The position numbers and the translations under genes were made by a program. The notes below the pieces were generated by a model that was not told where the DNA came from, did not search any database, and saw only the letters and a program-made list of their open reading frames with translations. This document shows, in pieces, positions 49,282 to 58,595 of a stretch of 64,000 bases of DNA (the stretch's first letter is position 1; every line of letters begins with the position of its first letter). This DNA comes from an uncultured beta proteobacterium (lineage in GTDB: Bacteria > Pseudomonadota > Gammaproteobacteria > Burkholderiales > Burkholderiaceae_C), in NCBI GenBank assembly GCA_963850525.1, contig CAWKLQ010000011.1, positions 173,196-237,195 of the forward strand. The letters are read 5' to 3'.

Positions 49282-50089
49282 CGCGCCCGCCGACACGGCA
49301 GCGCCGGAGTCGGCGCCGCGCAAGTTCGACCGCAGCGTGCTTCTTGTTCCGGCGTGCCAGATCGTCCTGCTCGTCGTGCTCATCACGCTGTGGGAACTCG
49401 CCACCGGCAGCGAAAAGCTGAATGCCTTCCTGTTCGGCTCGCCGAGCGCGGTGTGGGAACACCTCGTCAAGATGGCGCTCGACGGCAGCCTGCTGCGCGA
49501 TTCGTTCGTCACCGGCGGCGAGACCCTGCTCGGCTTCGGCCTGGGCAACCTGATCGGCACGCTGCTCGGCCTGGCGCTGTGGTATTCGCGATTCGTCTCG
49601 CGCGTCGTGCAACCGTTCATCGTCGCGATCGGCTCGATCCCCATCGTCGCCCTGGCGCCGCTGGCGATCATCTGGTTCGGCACCGGCCTGGCGTCGAAAG
49701 TCGCGATGTCCACGCTGTCGGTCGTCGTCGTCGCGCTCGTCATCGCCTACAAGGGCGCGCTGAGCGTCGACGAAGACCAGATCAACCTGATGCGCACGCT
49801 GGGCGCGAGCAAGCCGCAGATCTTTCGCAAGCTCGTCGTTCCGGCGTCGCTGGGCGACATCTTTGCCGGGCTCAAGCTCACGATCGGTTTTGCGCTGATC
49901 GGCGCGATCGTCGGCGAGTTCATGTCGTCGTCGGAGGGTCTCGGCCACGCGATCTTCAAGGCCGGTAGCCTGTACATCATCTCCAAGGTCTTCGCCGCGC
50001 TCGTCGCGACGATTGCCCTGGCCTTGTTGCTCACCTACATCGTGGGCAAAGTGGAGCGCCTGCTCATGCCGTGGCGCACTTTCGATTGA
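49274..50089 (+). CDS. ABC transporter permease (BPD_transp_1)
   Basis: Six-TM permease with an EAA-like loop. Overlaps the ATPase gene by 8 nt. Confidence 0.88.
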   Translation: MADAPADTAAPESAPRKFDRSVLLVPACQIVLLVVLITLWELATGSEKLNAFLFGSPSAVWEHLVKMALDGSLLRDSFVTGGETLLGFGLGNLIGTLLGLALWYSRFVSRVVQPFIVAIGSIPIVALAPLAIIWFGTGLASKVAMSTLSVVVVALVIAYKGALSVDEDQINLMRTLGASKPQIFRKLVVPASLGDIFAGLKLTIGFALIGAIVGEFMSSSEGLGHAIFKAGSLYIISKVFAALVATIALALLLTYIVGKVERLLMPWRTFD

Positions 50090-50111
50090 CCCTTCATCCG
50101 AGGACCGGGCC

Positions 50112-51047
50112 ATGAGCACAGCCGTTCAAGTGATCCGCAAGCAGTCTCTCAAATACGCGCTAGCGGCAACCGATTCCTTCATCGCTGAGGTGAGCGACGG
50201 CGAGACCTTCGAAGTCGAGACCGAGCTCAACATCGGCGGCCACTTGATCACGCACGAGCACGAAAAGCTCGAGCTGAAAGACGTGACGATTCCCTTCGTG
50301 AACCCCGCCACCGGGCCGGTGCGGCTGAAGGGTGCACGCCCCGGGCAGATGGTCGTGATCGATGTCATCGAAGTCGGCGTGCACGGCTTGGGTTTCACTG
50401 CGCTGTGGCCGGGCATCGGCATCTTTCCGGATTGGGTGCGGCGCAAGGAGTTCGGCATTCAGAACCGCAACGTGCGCGTCGAGGATGGCATCGTGCATTG
50501 GAGCGACACGCTCAAGCTCGAGGCCAAGCCCATGGTCGGCGTGATCGGCGTCGCGCCGGTGGCCGGCGGCATGCTGACGATAGACAACGGCGTGCACGGC
50601 GGCAACATGGACGTGCAGGAGGTCACCAACGGCAATCGGGTCATGTTCCCGGTGTTCCACGAGGGCGCCTACCTCTACTTCGGCGACGTGCACGCGCTGC
50701 AGGGCGACGCCGAATGCAACGGCATGGGCGCGATCGAAATCCGCGGCCACCTGAAACTGCGCGTCAGCCTCGCGCCCGCGCCGAAACGCCTGAACTGGCC
50801 GCGAATCGAAACGCCGACGCACATCTGCACGATAGGTTGCGCGCGCCCGCTGGACGACGCGCTGCGCATCTCGTTCGAGGAGATGGTCTACTGGATGGAA
50901 GAGAGTTACGGCATTCCCGGCCCCGAGGCCTACATGTTGCTCGGGCAGATTGCCGAAGCGCGCTGCACGCAGATGGTGAACCCGAAGTACACCTACATCT
51001 GCAAGGTCGCGAAGAAGTACTTGCCGGGCGGCGGCGTCAAGCGCTGA
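50112..51047 (+). CDS. Acetamidase/formamidase-family amidohydrolase
   Basis: NPATGPV.., GGNMD, and GDVHALQGDAE.NG are FmdA/AmdA family blocks. Confidence 0.85.
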   Translation: MSTAVQVIRKQSLKYALAATDSFIAEVSDGETFEVETELNIGGHLITHEHEKLELKDVTIPFVNPATGPVRLKGARPGQMVVIDVIEVGVHGLGFTALWPGIGIFPDWVRRKEFGIQNRNVRVEDGIVHWSDTLKLEAKPMVGVIGVAPVAGGMLTIDNGVHGGNMDVQEVTNGNRVMFPVFHEGAYLYFGDVHALQGDAECNGMGAIEIRGHLKLRVSLAPAPKRLNWPRIETPTHICTIGCARPLDDALRISFEEMVYWMEESYGIPGPEAYMLLGQIAEARCTQMVNPKYTYICKVAKKYLPGGGVKR

Positions 51048-51151
51048 ACGGCGCGGGCCTCGCGCGGAGGTGCGCTGGTTGGCCGCGACGCCTCGCGCAG
51101 CAGGCGATCGAGCAACCGCGCCCGCTCTTCAGCGCGATCGGCGCGTCGAAT

Positions 51152-51631
51152 TCAGCGGGGTGCAGCGCCCCGTGTCTTGTGCACCACGCCCCACATCGAC
51201 TCCCAATCCGCACCGCCCATGTCGGTCACCGCTCCGTCTGCACCGAAGAACTTGTTGGGCATCTGGAAGAACCCGAGAAACAACCCGCCCTTGGGCGACC
51301 ACGCGCTGTGGCGGCTGCCCGCCGGGCGCCAGATGAACTGGCCGGCCTTGCATTCGATGCCTTCGTCGGGACCTGCTTTGTCGACGAGGTGGCCTTCGAT
51401 GACCCAGGTCTGCTCGATGAGCACATGCTCGTGGTCGGGCAAGACGGAACCCGGCGCCATGCGAATCAACGAGCTGACCAGGCCGCTCGCGCGGTCGAAC
51501 AACAGGTTCTTCACCTCGATGCCGGGAAAACGCGTCGCCTGCCAGGGCAGCGAATCGGTATCGACGAGTCGGGACGCAAGCGGCGCGAGCCTGGCGTGGG
51601 CGGGCACGTTGGGGGTGATGGCGGTGGTCAT
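51152..51631 (-). CDS. Cupin-domain protein (ChrR-like cupin)
   Basis: GSVLPDHEHVLIEQTWVIEG...RPAGSRHSAW cupin motifs. GGAGA RBS before ATG 51631. Confidence 0.75.
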   Translation of the reverse strand: MTTAITPNVPAHARLAPLASRLVDTDSLPWQATRFPGIEVKNLLFDRASGLVSSLIRMAPGSVLPDHEHVLIEQTWVIEGHLVDKAGPDEGIECKAGQFIWRPAGSRHSAWSPKGGLFLGFFQMPNKFFGADGAVTDMGGADWESMWGVVHKTRGAAPR

Positions 51632-51720
51632 GGCCGGTCTCCGAGGTGAGCTTCGATTCGTGTGAAAGCGCCAGATTGTCAGTCGAAGCCCACCACGGCG
51701 TGCGCTTGCAAGAAGGCGTG

Positions 51721-51927
51721 TTACTCGCGGCCCGCGGCCGACGCGGCGGCGGCAACCGCGTCGAGCGATTCGCCGAGCCGCCTTTCGGCCTCGCGCTGCT
51801 GCGCTTGGGCTTGCTGCGCCTGCTTGGCCTGCAATGCGCCAACCGTGGCGGCGGTTCCGGCGACTTCTGCACCGCATGCGCCGAGCAGCAGGGCGATCGC
51901 GAGAATGGAGCAAGTGGGCATCGCCAT
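51721..51927 (-). CDS. Small lipoprotein (68 aa) with Gln/Ala-rich helical segment
   Basis: MAMPTCSILAIALLLGACG has the lipobox LLGAC. AGGAGA RBS. Good GC3. Confidence 0.55.
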   Translation of the reverse strand: MAMPTCSILAIALLLGACGAEVAGTAATVGALQAKQAQQAQAQQREAERRLGESLDAVAAAASAAGRE

Positions 51928-51954
51928 GAAAGTCTCCTGCAGCAACGTGTTGCG

Positions 51955-53349
51955 TCATCCTAGGCGAGCGTGCCTTCCAGCGACAGCGGAGAAGACGGCA
52001 TTTTTGCCGCTTGATGTCGAGCGTGGCCCCGGTCCCGCGCGGCGACGCGCTGCCGCCAAGGGCGATGGCGCGCTGCCGTGCGCCAACCACAGCAGCAGCA
52101 CCAGGGCAAGCACCGGCAAGTTTTTCACGAGCGGACCGCAATGGTCGATCATGAGTTCGGGCATGTGCAGCGCTGCGGTCAGGGTGTAGCCCAGCACCGC
52201 ACCGGTTTGCGCGGCATACGCCCAGGGCGACGGGCGCAGCCACAACGTCAGGCCGAGTGCCAGATTGAGCGTGCACGAAGCGATGAGTGCGACCTCGCCG
52301 GCAACACCCTCGAGGCCGCAGCGCGCCAGCAGATGCAAGACGCCGGAGTCGCGCTGAAACAGCGCGCTGACGAGCGCCGTATAGACCCACATGAAGCCGA
52401 GCGCTGCGCGCAACACCGCCGCCACCGGCGCCGGCAAATCAACTCGCAGGTCGAGCAGCGGCGTCGGGGGTGTCGTGCCCAAGCCGCGTGCCATGCTCGT
52501 CGGCTCGCGCCCGAGCAGCGCCGCGGCGCAATTCGGCGCGGGCACGCTGCCGCGTTCCAGCAGGCGCAGCGTGTCGCGACAGAACACCTCTTGCGGCAGC
52601 GCTTCGGCAAGCCTCGCGCCCAGCATCATCAACGCCATCGGCACGCGCAGCCACAGCGCAGCGCCCAGGCCCAATGCGCCGCGGTAGTGCGCGAGCATGT
52701 CGCGGTAGCTGAGTGCGTCGGCGCCGCCGATCTCGTAGACGGCACGCAGCGTGTCCGGGCGCTCGAGCAGGCGTGCCACCGCTTCGGCGACTTCGTAGAC
52801 GTGCACCGGCTGCACTTGCTGCGCGCCGCCTCCAGGCAAGCCGATCACGGGCAAGCTGGCGAGCGTGGCGAACAGTTCGGCGCTCTGGCTCGCCGGGCCG
52901 TAGATGAGTGACGGGCGCAACACGGCCCAGTCGATTCCGAGCGTCGCGAGCGCGTCGTCGGCGAGCAGTTTGCTGTGCAAATAAGGCGTGGCCAGGCTTT
53001 GCGCGTCGGCGCCGACGCCGAGCGCTGAGACCTGCACGACGCGGCTCACACCGGCGAGCGCCGCCCCGCGGAACATCTCGATCGGCCCGGCGCTGTGCAC
53101 GCGCTCGAAGCTTTGCTTGGGCGACGCCATCAGGATGCCGACGCAGTTGACGACCGCCTCGACACGGCGCTGCGTCAGCGCCGCCGCCCACGCCTGCGGC
53201 GTGCGTGGCTGCATGAAGTCGACATGCAGCGTCAAACCCGCATCAACCTGAGCGCGACCGCCGTCGATGACGCGGTGCCCTCGCGCGCGCAAAGCGCTTG
53301 CCACGGCACGGCCCACACACCCGCTGGATCCACAGACGAGGACATTCAT
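51955..53349 (-). CDS. NAD(P)-binding SDR/NmrA-like domain fused to a DoxX-like multi-TM domain
   Basis: VLVCGSSGCVGRAV Rossmann N-terminus. The C-terminal ~130 aa is strongly hydrophobic. AAGGAGA RBS. The ATG overlaps the DCC gene stop. Confidence 0.75.
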   Translation of the reverse strand: MNVLVCGSSGCVGRAVASALRARGHRVIDGGRAQVDAGLTLHVDFMQPRTPQAWAAALTQRRVEAVVNCVGILMASPKQSFERVHSAGPIEMFRGAALAGVSRVVQVSALGVGADAQSLATPYLHSKLLADDALATLGIDWAVLRPSLIYGPASQSAELFATLASLPVIGLPGGGAQQVQPVHVYEVAEAVARLLERPDTLRAVYEIGGADALSYRDMLAHYRGALGLGAALWLRVPMALMMLGARLAEALPQEVFCRDTLRLLERGSVPAPNCAAALLGREPTSMARGLGTTPPTPLLDLRVDLPAPVAAVLRAALGFMWVYTALVSALFQRDSGVLHLLARCGLEGVAGEVALIASCTLNLALGLTLWLRPSPWAYAAQTGAVLGYTLTAALHMPELMIDHCGPLVKNLPVLALVLLLWLAHGSAPSPLAAARRRAGPGPRSTSSGKNAVFSAVAGRHARLG

Positions 53350-53828
53350 GAAGGTTCTCCTTGCTTGTCGCCAGCCCGCGCCGGCGCGGTGCACGCACCG
53401 CCATGGCATGCCGCCATGCGCTGCGTCTGCCTGCGCGCGCGGTGCGTGCGCACGGCGTTGATCAGGGGGGCGGTGAAGCCCGAGATCGTGCGGCGGTGCC
53501 GCGCGAATTGGCGGTACGCCAAGTCGAACAGTGCTCGCAACGGTGCAAACCCCGTCGGCGCGAGCACCCAGCCCAGTCCAACCGCTGCGTACGCGAGGCG
53601 CAACACCGGCATCCCCTGCAGCAGCGTGCCGTCGGCGCAGCGCGCGTGGATTTGCGCGTCGAGTGCGGCCCAGCTCGTACCGTAAGGCGCGGCGTCGAAG
53701 CCCGGCGCCATGATGTCGACAAAGACCAGCTGCCCCGCCGCATTGCGCGAGCGCAAGTGGTCCATCTCGAGCGCGCAGACCGGGCAAGTGGCGTCGTAGA
53801 GGAGCGTCAAGGGGTAGATCGAGCTCAT
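53346..53828 (-). CDS. Thiol-disulfide oxidoreductase DCC-family (DUF393) protein
   Basis: LLYDATCPVCALEMDHL carries the DxxCxxC signature. Confidence 0.8.
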   Translation of the reverse strand: MSSIYPLTLLYDATCPVCALEMDHLRSRNAAGQLVFVDIMAPGFDAAPYGTSWAALDAQIHARCADGTLLQGMPVLRLAYAAVGLGWVLAPTGFAPLRALFDLAYRQFARHRRTISGFTAPLINAVRTHRARRQTQRMAACHGGACTAPARAGDKQGEPS

Positions 53829-53881
53829 GTTATTTGTCCAGTAATTTCTGTTTGGAGAGAAACATTGAAGCAAAAAAATGT

Positions 53882-54478
53882 CTACGGCCGCGGCGCGGCG
53901 GAGGTCTTGGCAGCACCGCGCATGCCGAGATCAGCCGGCGCAACGCCGCCAGTTGGCGCCCGGCCGAGCAGTTTCTTGATCTTCGCGCCCAGTTTGAGCA
54001 CCTGGGTCAGCGTCTCGGTGTCGAGCTTGAGCATCTGGTCGCTCCACGCCGTGAGGGTTTCGAGCAGTTCCAGCGTCTCCTGCATGCGCAGCTTCGCTTC
54101 GGCCGGATCCCTGCTGATCGCCGGGTCGGCGAGCACGTCGCGCAGCACGGCGATCGTCGGCGCGATCTCACGGTGTTGGCGCTCACTGACGATGGTTCGC
54201 AGCAATTCCCACACTTGTTTGGAAGTTTCAAAGTGGTCGCGCCGGTCGCCGCCGAGGTGCACCAGCCTGACGAGGCGCCAGCTCTGCAGCTCACGAATGC
54301 TGTTGCTGACGTTGGAGCGCGCAACGTTCAGCGTGTCGGCAATCTCCTCGGCGTGCATGGGTCGGCCCGTGATGTAAAGCAGCGCGTGGATTTGCGCGAC
54401 GGTGCGGTTCACACCCCAGCGCGCGCCCATTTCGCCCCAGTGCAAGACAAACCTCGAGAGGGTCGGCGAGAGTTCCAT
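53882..54478 (-). CDS. GbsR/MarR-family transcriptional regulator
   Basis: HWGEMGARWGVNRTVAQIHALLYITGRPMHAEEIADTLNVARSNVSNSIRELQSW. Confidence 0.8.
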   Translation of the reverse strand: MELSPTLSRFVLHWGEMGARWGVNRTVAQIHALLYITGRPMHAEEIADTLNVARSNVSNSIRELQSWRLVRLVHLGGDRRDHFETSKQVWELLRTIVSERQHREIAPTIAVLRDVLADPAISRDPAEAKLRMQETLELLETLTAWSDQMLKLDTETLTQVLKLGAKIKKLLGRAPTGGVAPADLGMRGAAKTSAAPRP

Positions 54479-54624
54479 GGACGCGACTCTGCGCCTGGGC
54501 TACATTTCTGTCAATACTGAAGCGACTATCGTGGCGATATGGCGCAGCGAGCGGCGCTACGAGCCTGCGTCGCGCCACATCGGCGAGTCGCGCCAGAGAA
54601 TGCGCCACACAAGGAGCCCGGACG

Positions 54625-55041
54625 ATGCTTGCGACATTGCTCATTTGCCTGGGCGCCGGGATCATCCTGGCGCTCGGGATGATTCACTTGTACTACACCT
54701 TCGTCGGCACCAAGTTCTTGCCGCGCTATCCCGCCCTGCAAGACGCAATGCAAAAGGGGCACCTGCAAATCACGCGCCAGACGACGATCTGGCGCGCCTG
54801 GGTCGGCTTCAACGCGAGTCACGGCCTGGGCGCAGTTTTGTTCGGGCTGGTCTACCTCCACCTCGCCGTCTGGCGCGCGCCCTTGCTGCTCGGCTCGCCC
54901 TTCCTGTGCGGCCTGGGCGTGGTGACGCTGCTGGCCTACCTGTGGCTCGGCTGGCGCTACTGGTTCAGCGTGCCGTTTCGCGGCATCGCGCTCGCGACGC
55001 TGCTGTTCACCAGCGGCGTCGCGGTGAGCCACTTCGGCTGA
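54625..55041 (+). CDS. Integral membrane protein of unknown function
   Basis: 138 aa with four hydrophobic segments. AAGGAG RBS. Divergent from the GbsR regulator gene. Confidence 0.65.
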   Translation: MLATLLICLGAGIILALGMIHLYYTFVGTKFLPRYPALQDAMQKGHLQITRQTTIWRAWVGFNASHGLGAVLFGLVYLHLAVWRAPLLLGSPFLCGLGVVTLLAYLWLGWRYWFSVPFRGIALATLLFTSGVAVSHFG

Positions 55042-55070
55042 ATCCGGGCTGCGCATTCAAAGGAGCCCCT

Positions 55071-55706
55071 GTGACGATCCAGCTTTTTGCATTCGACACA
55101 CCGAACGGCCGCAAGATCAGCGTCGCGCTCGAAGAAATGGCCCTGCCCTATGAGGTGCGGGTGATCGACATCACGCAGGGCGAGCAGAACGACCCGGAGT
55201 TCGTCGCGATCAGCCCGAACCGCAAGATCCCGGCGCTCGTCGACACCGACGGCCCGGGCGGCCGGCCGATCAGCGTCTTCGAATCGGGTGCGATCCTGAT
55301 CTACCTCGGCCAGAAGACCTGCAAATTCTGGCCCTCGGGCCTGGCCGCTCAAGTGCCGGTGCTCGAATGGCTGATGTTCCAGATGGGCGGCTTCGGCCCG
55401 ATTCCGGGCCAGGTGCACCACTTCATCGCGCTCGACAACGAGGCGGACCGCGCCTACGGCTTGCAACGCTACATGGCCGAGACGCGGCGGCTCTATGGCG
55501 TGATGAACCAGCGCCTGGCGACACGTCAGTTCTTCGCCGGCGAGGCGTTGTCGATCGCCGACTTCGCAATCCTCGGCTGGGCCTGGCGCCACCCGCGGCA
55601 CAAGGTGGACCTGGCCGAGTTCCCAAACGTGAAGCGCTGGTACGAGACTTTGATGGCGCGCCCGGCGGTGGCGCGCGGCTTTGCGGTGGCGTTGCGGCGC
55701 CCCTAA
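55071..55706 (+). CDS. Glutathione S-transferase (YfcG/YghU-like)
   Basis: TPNGRKISVALEE...ISPNRKIPALVD...ESGAILIYL. GTG start 5 nt after AAGGAG. Confidence 0.85.
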   Translation: MTIQLFAFDTPNGRKISVALEEMALPYEVRVIDITQGEQNDPEFVAISPNRKIPALVDTDGPGGRPISVFESGAILIYLGQKTCKFWPSGLAAQVPVLEWLMFQMGGFGPIPGQVHHFIALDNEADRAYGLQRYMAETRRLYGVMNQRLATRQFFAGEALSIADFAILGWAWRHPRHKVDLAEFPNVKRWYETLMARPAVARGFAVALRRP

Positions 55707-56458
55707 ATCGTCACACTCCCCACACTCGCCCCGCCGCACACACAAAGCACCTGGCCGGTGACGAAGCTGTTGCGGGGCTCGACGAAAAAATCCACCGCGC
55801 GCGCCACGTCTTCGGGCGTGCCCAGGCGCTTCACGGGGATCGCCTCGGCGAGTTTGCGCTCGCGCTCGCTCTCCGCGGGAACGACTTGATGGAACATCTC
55901 GGTGCCGCGGATCGGCCCGGGCGCGACGACGTTGACGGTAATTCCATCGGGCGCCAGCTCCAACGCCCAGGTGCGCGCCATGCCGATCATTCCGGCTTTC
56001 GTCGCCGAATAGACACTGCGCGTCGCCAGCCCCAGCGCGCCGCGCGACGAGAGCAGCACGATGCGGCCGAAGCGCTGGGCGCGCATCGCGGGCAGCACGG
56101 CTTGCACGAGCGCAATCGCGCTGCCCAGGTGCAGTTCGGTCAATGCGTCCAGATCGCCGAGCTTCACATCCGCCAGCAGCGCCGGGCGGATGACGCCGGC
56201 GTTGTGCACGAGTGTCGTGATCGCGAAGCGCTGTGCCGCCTCGGCGGCAGCCTGCGCCGTTGCCTGGCGGTCGCCCAGGTCGACGCGGACATGGTGCAGC
56301 TTCGGGTGATCGATCTCGGTCTTGCGGCGTGCCATCGCCACGACCTCGTGGCCCAAGCTCAACAGGTGCTCGCAAATGACCTTGCCGATGCCGGTGCTCG
56401 TGCCGGTGACGAGCGCGACACCGCCGCTCGCGGTTGTCAACTCAGGGAGCGCACTCAT
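55703..56458 (-). CDS. SDR-family oxidoreductase
   Basis: ALVTGTSTGIGK, HNAG and YSATKAG. GAGGAG RBS. Confidence 0.85.
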   Translation of the reverse strand: MSALPELTTASGGVALVTGTSTGIGKVICEHLLSLGHEVVAMARRKTEIDHPKLHHVRVDLGDRQATAQAAAEAAQRFAITTLVHNAGVIRPALLADVKLGDLDALTELHLGSAIALVQAVLPAMRAQRFGRIVLLSSRGALGLATRSVYSATKAGMIGMARTWALELAPDGITVNVVAPGPIRGTEMFHQVVPAESERERKLAEAIPVKRLGTPEDVARAVDFFVEPRNSFVTGQVLCVCGGASVGSVTI

Positions 56459-56471
56459 GCTGTCGAACTCC

Positions 56472-57182
56472 TCATGTCAGACGCCCGGCGCGGCGCCGCA
56501 AGGCAAGAATCTTCTGCCACAACACGGCCGGAGGCATGCGAATCTGCAGCGCCAGCATGCAGCGCTCGAGCCGACGCGGGCGCGCCTTCAAATGGTCGAC
56601 CGCTTTGGCCAGATCGGCGAGCACGGCGGCGCCATAGGCCAACTCGGCTTTCGCGACGGCCGCGCGCAATGCGTGCAACGGTGGCGCCATCATTGCGAGG
56701 TCGATCAGGTCGCGGCTGAACGCGCCATCGTCGGCCCAGCGGTCGGAATTGGCGAGCAGCTTGCTCGTGGCCATGTCCAGAGGCGTCAATGTGGCGACGC
56801 CGCCAACCAGGTCGCCGGGGCCGGGTGGCGCGAGTTCGATGCGGGCCTCGCGCACGATCTCGAACTTGATGTCATGACCGTCCACCTGCAAGGTCGTGCG
56901 AATACCGTACTGGTCGGCACGCACTTCGCGCGCCGACGTCCACGCGACATCTTCGCGCACGATCGCGCCCATGCCTCGCGGCCCCGTCAGGCGCTGACGC
57001 AGATCGCGGTAACCCGCGGCGTTGGACACAAGGAAATCGATGTCCACCGATTCTCGGTATTCGCCATAACGCAAGGCGATGGCCGTGCCACCGCCGAACA
57101 GGCAGCCGCAGGCGCAGACCATCTGCGCGTCGAGCGCGGCGAGCACGGCAGCGATGCGCCGGTGATGCGGCCGTTCAAACAT
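56472..57182 (-). CDS. Nucleotidyltransferase AbiEii/AbiGii (DUF1814) family toxin
   Basis: LFGGGTAIALRYGEYRESVDIDFLV is the hallmark N-terminal NTase block. Overlaps the upstream HTH gene by 8 nt. Confidence 0.75.
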   Translation of the reverse strand: MFERPHHRRIAAVLAALDAQMVCACGCLFGGGTAIALRYGEYRESVDIDFLVSNAAGYRDLRQRLTGPRGMGAIVREDVAWTSAREVRADQYGIRTTLQVDGHDIKFEIVREARIELAPPGPGDLVGGVATLTPLDMATSKLLANSDRWADDGAFSRDLIDLAMMAPPLHALRAAVAKAELAYGAAVLADLAKAVDHLKARPRRLERCMLALQIRMPPAVLWQKILALRRRAGRLT

Positions 57183-57684
57183 CGGTCCTTGGGCTGCGGG
57201 CAGGCATGCGCCGCAGCGCCTCCAGCAGGCGCTTCTCGTGCGGCTCCAACGCTTGCGCATCGACGTGCCGCCAGTTGCGCTCGTACAGCCCCAGAGCCTC
57301 GGTGCGGGTCAACGAGTCGACGCCGCGTGCCGACCAGGCGAGCTGCCTGAGCTGCGGGTAGTCGGCCAGTTGAATCTGTTCAGGAAGTTCGGCAATCCGA
57401 TCGTCGGACTCCCCGAGTGGAGCGGCGGCATCCGGTGGGGTGCGAACTCCAAACTCCAGCCCCAATGCGGCCATTGCGCTCAGATAGGCGCCCATGGTCA
57501 CCGAAGGCTCGCCACGCTCGATCCGGTGCAAGGTCACGCGCGACATCCCAGCAGCTTGCGCTGCCGCCGTCGCATTCACGCGCAGGGACTTGCGCTGGGC
57601 GCGAATTCGCAGGCCAAGACGCAGAAGGCTGGCGCCTGCGGCGTGCGTGGTGGATGGGGCTTTGGCTGGCACGATGGTTCTCAT
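57175..57684 (-). CDS. XRE-family HTH protein with C-terminal extension, probable cognate antitoxin
   Basis: LGLRIRAQRKSLRVNATAAAQAAGMSRVTLHRIERGEPS HTH_XRE region, plus a ~90-aa C-terminal domain. Confidence 0.75.
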   Translation of the reverse strand: MRTIVPAKAPSTTHAAGASLLRLGLRIRAQRKSLRVNATAAAQAAGMSRVTLHRIERGEPSVTMGAYLSAMAALGLEFGVRTPPDAAAPLGESDDRIAELPEQIQLADYPQLRQLAWSARGVDSLTRTEALGLYERNWRHVDAQALEPHEKRLLEALRRMPARSPRTDV

Positions 57685-57719
57685 TATGGTCGTTCACGCG
57701 GGATATGTACATAATGAGA
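57679..57719. promoter_or_regulatory. 10-bp inverted repeat TCTCATTATG / CATAATGAGA (21-nt spacer), candidate autoregulatory operator spanning the XRE start codon
   Basis: Seen directly. It is an AT-rich patch in GC-rich DNA. One arm contains the ATG of the XRE gene. Confidence 0.5.
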
Positions 57720-57789
57720 CTCACATTCCCAGCATGCCAGGCCGAGCGGCACCCGAATCCGCCTTACTTCGCCATGGCCCCAAGCGCCC

Positions 57790-58575
57790 TCAGCCCGCCA
57801 CCAAGGCCAGCACGCGCAACGGGCTGCCGCTGCCCTGCTGAATCTTCAGCGGCGGGCAAATCAGCAGGCTGCCCGTCGCCGGCAGCAAGTCGAGGTTGGT
57901 CAAGCACTGCAAGCCGTAGCGCCCCGCGCCGTGCATGTAGTAGTGGCAGGGGTAAGGCGGGCGCAGGTGGTAGCCCTGACCGGCGTCGGTACCGATCGCC
58001 TCCGAGCCGAAACCGAGCACACCACGCTGTTCGACGAGGAACTGCACGGCTTCGCTGCTCGGCCCGGGCGTGTGTTGGCCCGTCTCATCGAAGTTCTGGT
58101 ACGCCTCGGGATCCTGGCGCTTGCTCCAGTCGGTGCGCATCAGCAACCAGTGGCCTGCCGGGATGCGCCCGTGCGCGGCTTCGAAGGCTTCGATGTCGGC
58201 CACCGTCAGCAGGTAGTCGGGGTCTCGCAGCGCCTGTTCATGGCAGTCGATCACGCACGCCGGAGCGACGAAGTGCTGCGCCGGAATCGTGTCCACTGCA
58301 TTGTTCGGCAAGTTCCGACCGGAAATCCAGTGGATGGGCGCGTCGAAGTGCGTCCCCGTGTGCTCGCCGCAGGAAAAATTGTTCCAGTACCAGCCCGGGC
58401 CACGCTCGTCGTAGCGCGACACTTCTTCGATGCGAAACGGCCAGCATTGGCCCATCTCGGGCGGCAGCGCGATTTGCGGGAACTCGGGCGTGAGCGTCTG
58501 CGTCAGGTCGATGACACGAATCCCGCCGGAACCGAGCGCGCCGGCGAGTGCCGCGAGGAGTTGGGTGGGGTTCAT
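57790..58575 (-). CDS. Cyclase-family protein (kynurenine-formamidase-like fold)
   Basis: FSCGEHTGTHFDAPIHW carries the metal-binding signature of the putative cyclase family. Confidence 0.8.
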   Translation of the reverse strand: MNPTQLLAALAGALGSGGIRVIDLTQTLTPEFPQIALPPEMGQCWPFRIEEVSRYDERGPGWYWNNFSCGEHTGTHFDAPIHWISGRNLPNNAVDTIPAQHFVAPACVIDCHEQALRDPDYLLTVADIEAFEAAHGRIPAGHWLLMRTDWSKRQDPEAYQNFDETGQHTPGPSSEAVQFLVEQRGVLGFGSEAIGTDAGQGYHLRPPYPCHYYMHGAGRYGLQCLTNLDLLPATGSLLICPPLKIQQGSGSPLRVLALVAG

Positions 58576-58595
58576 GGACTGACCGCCGGCAGTAG

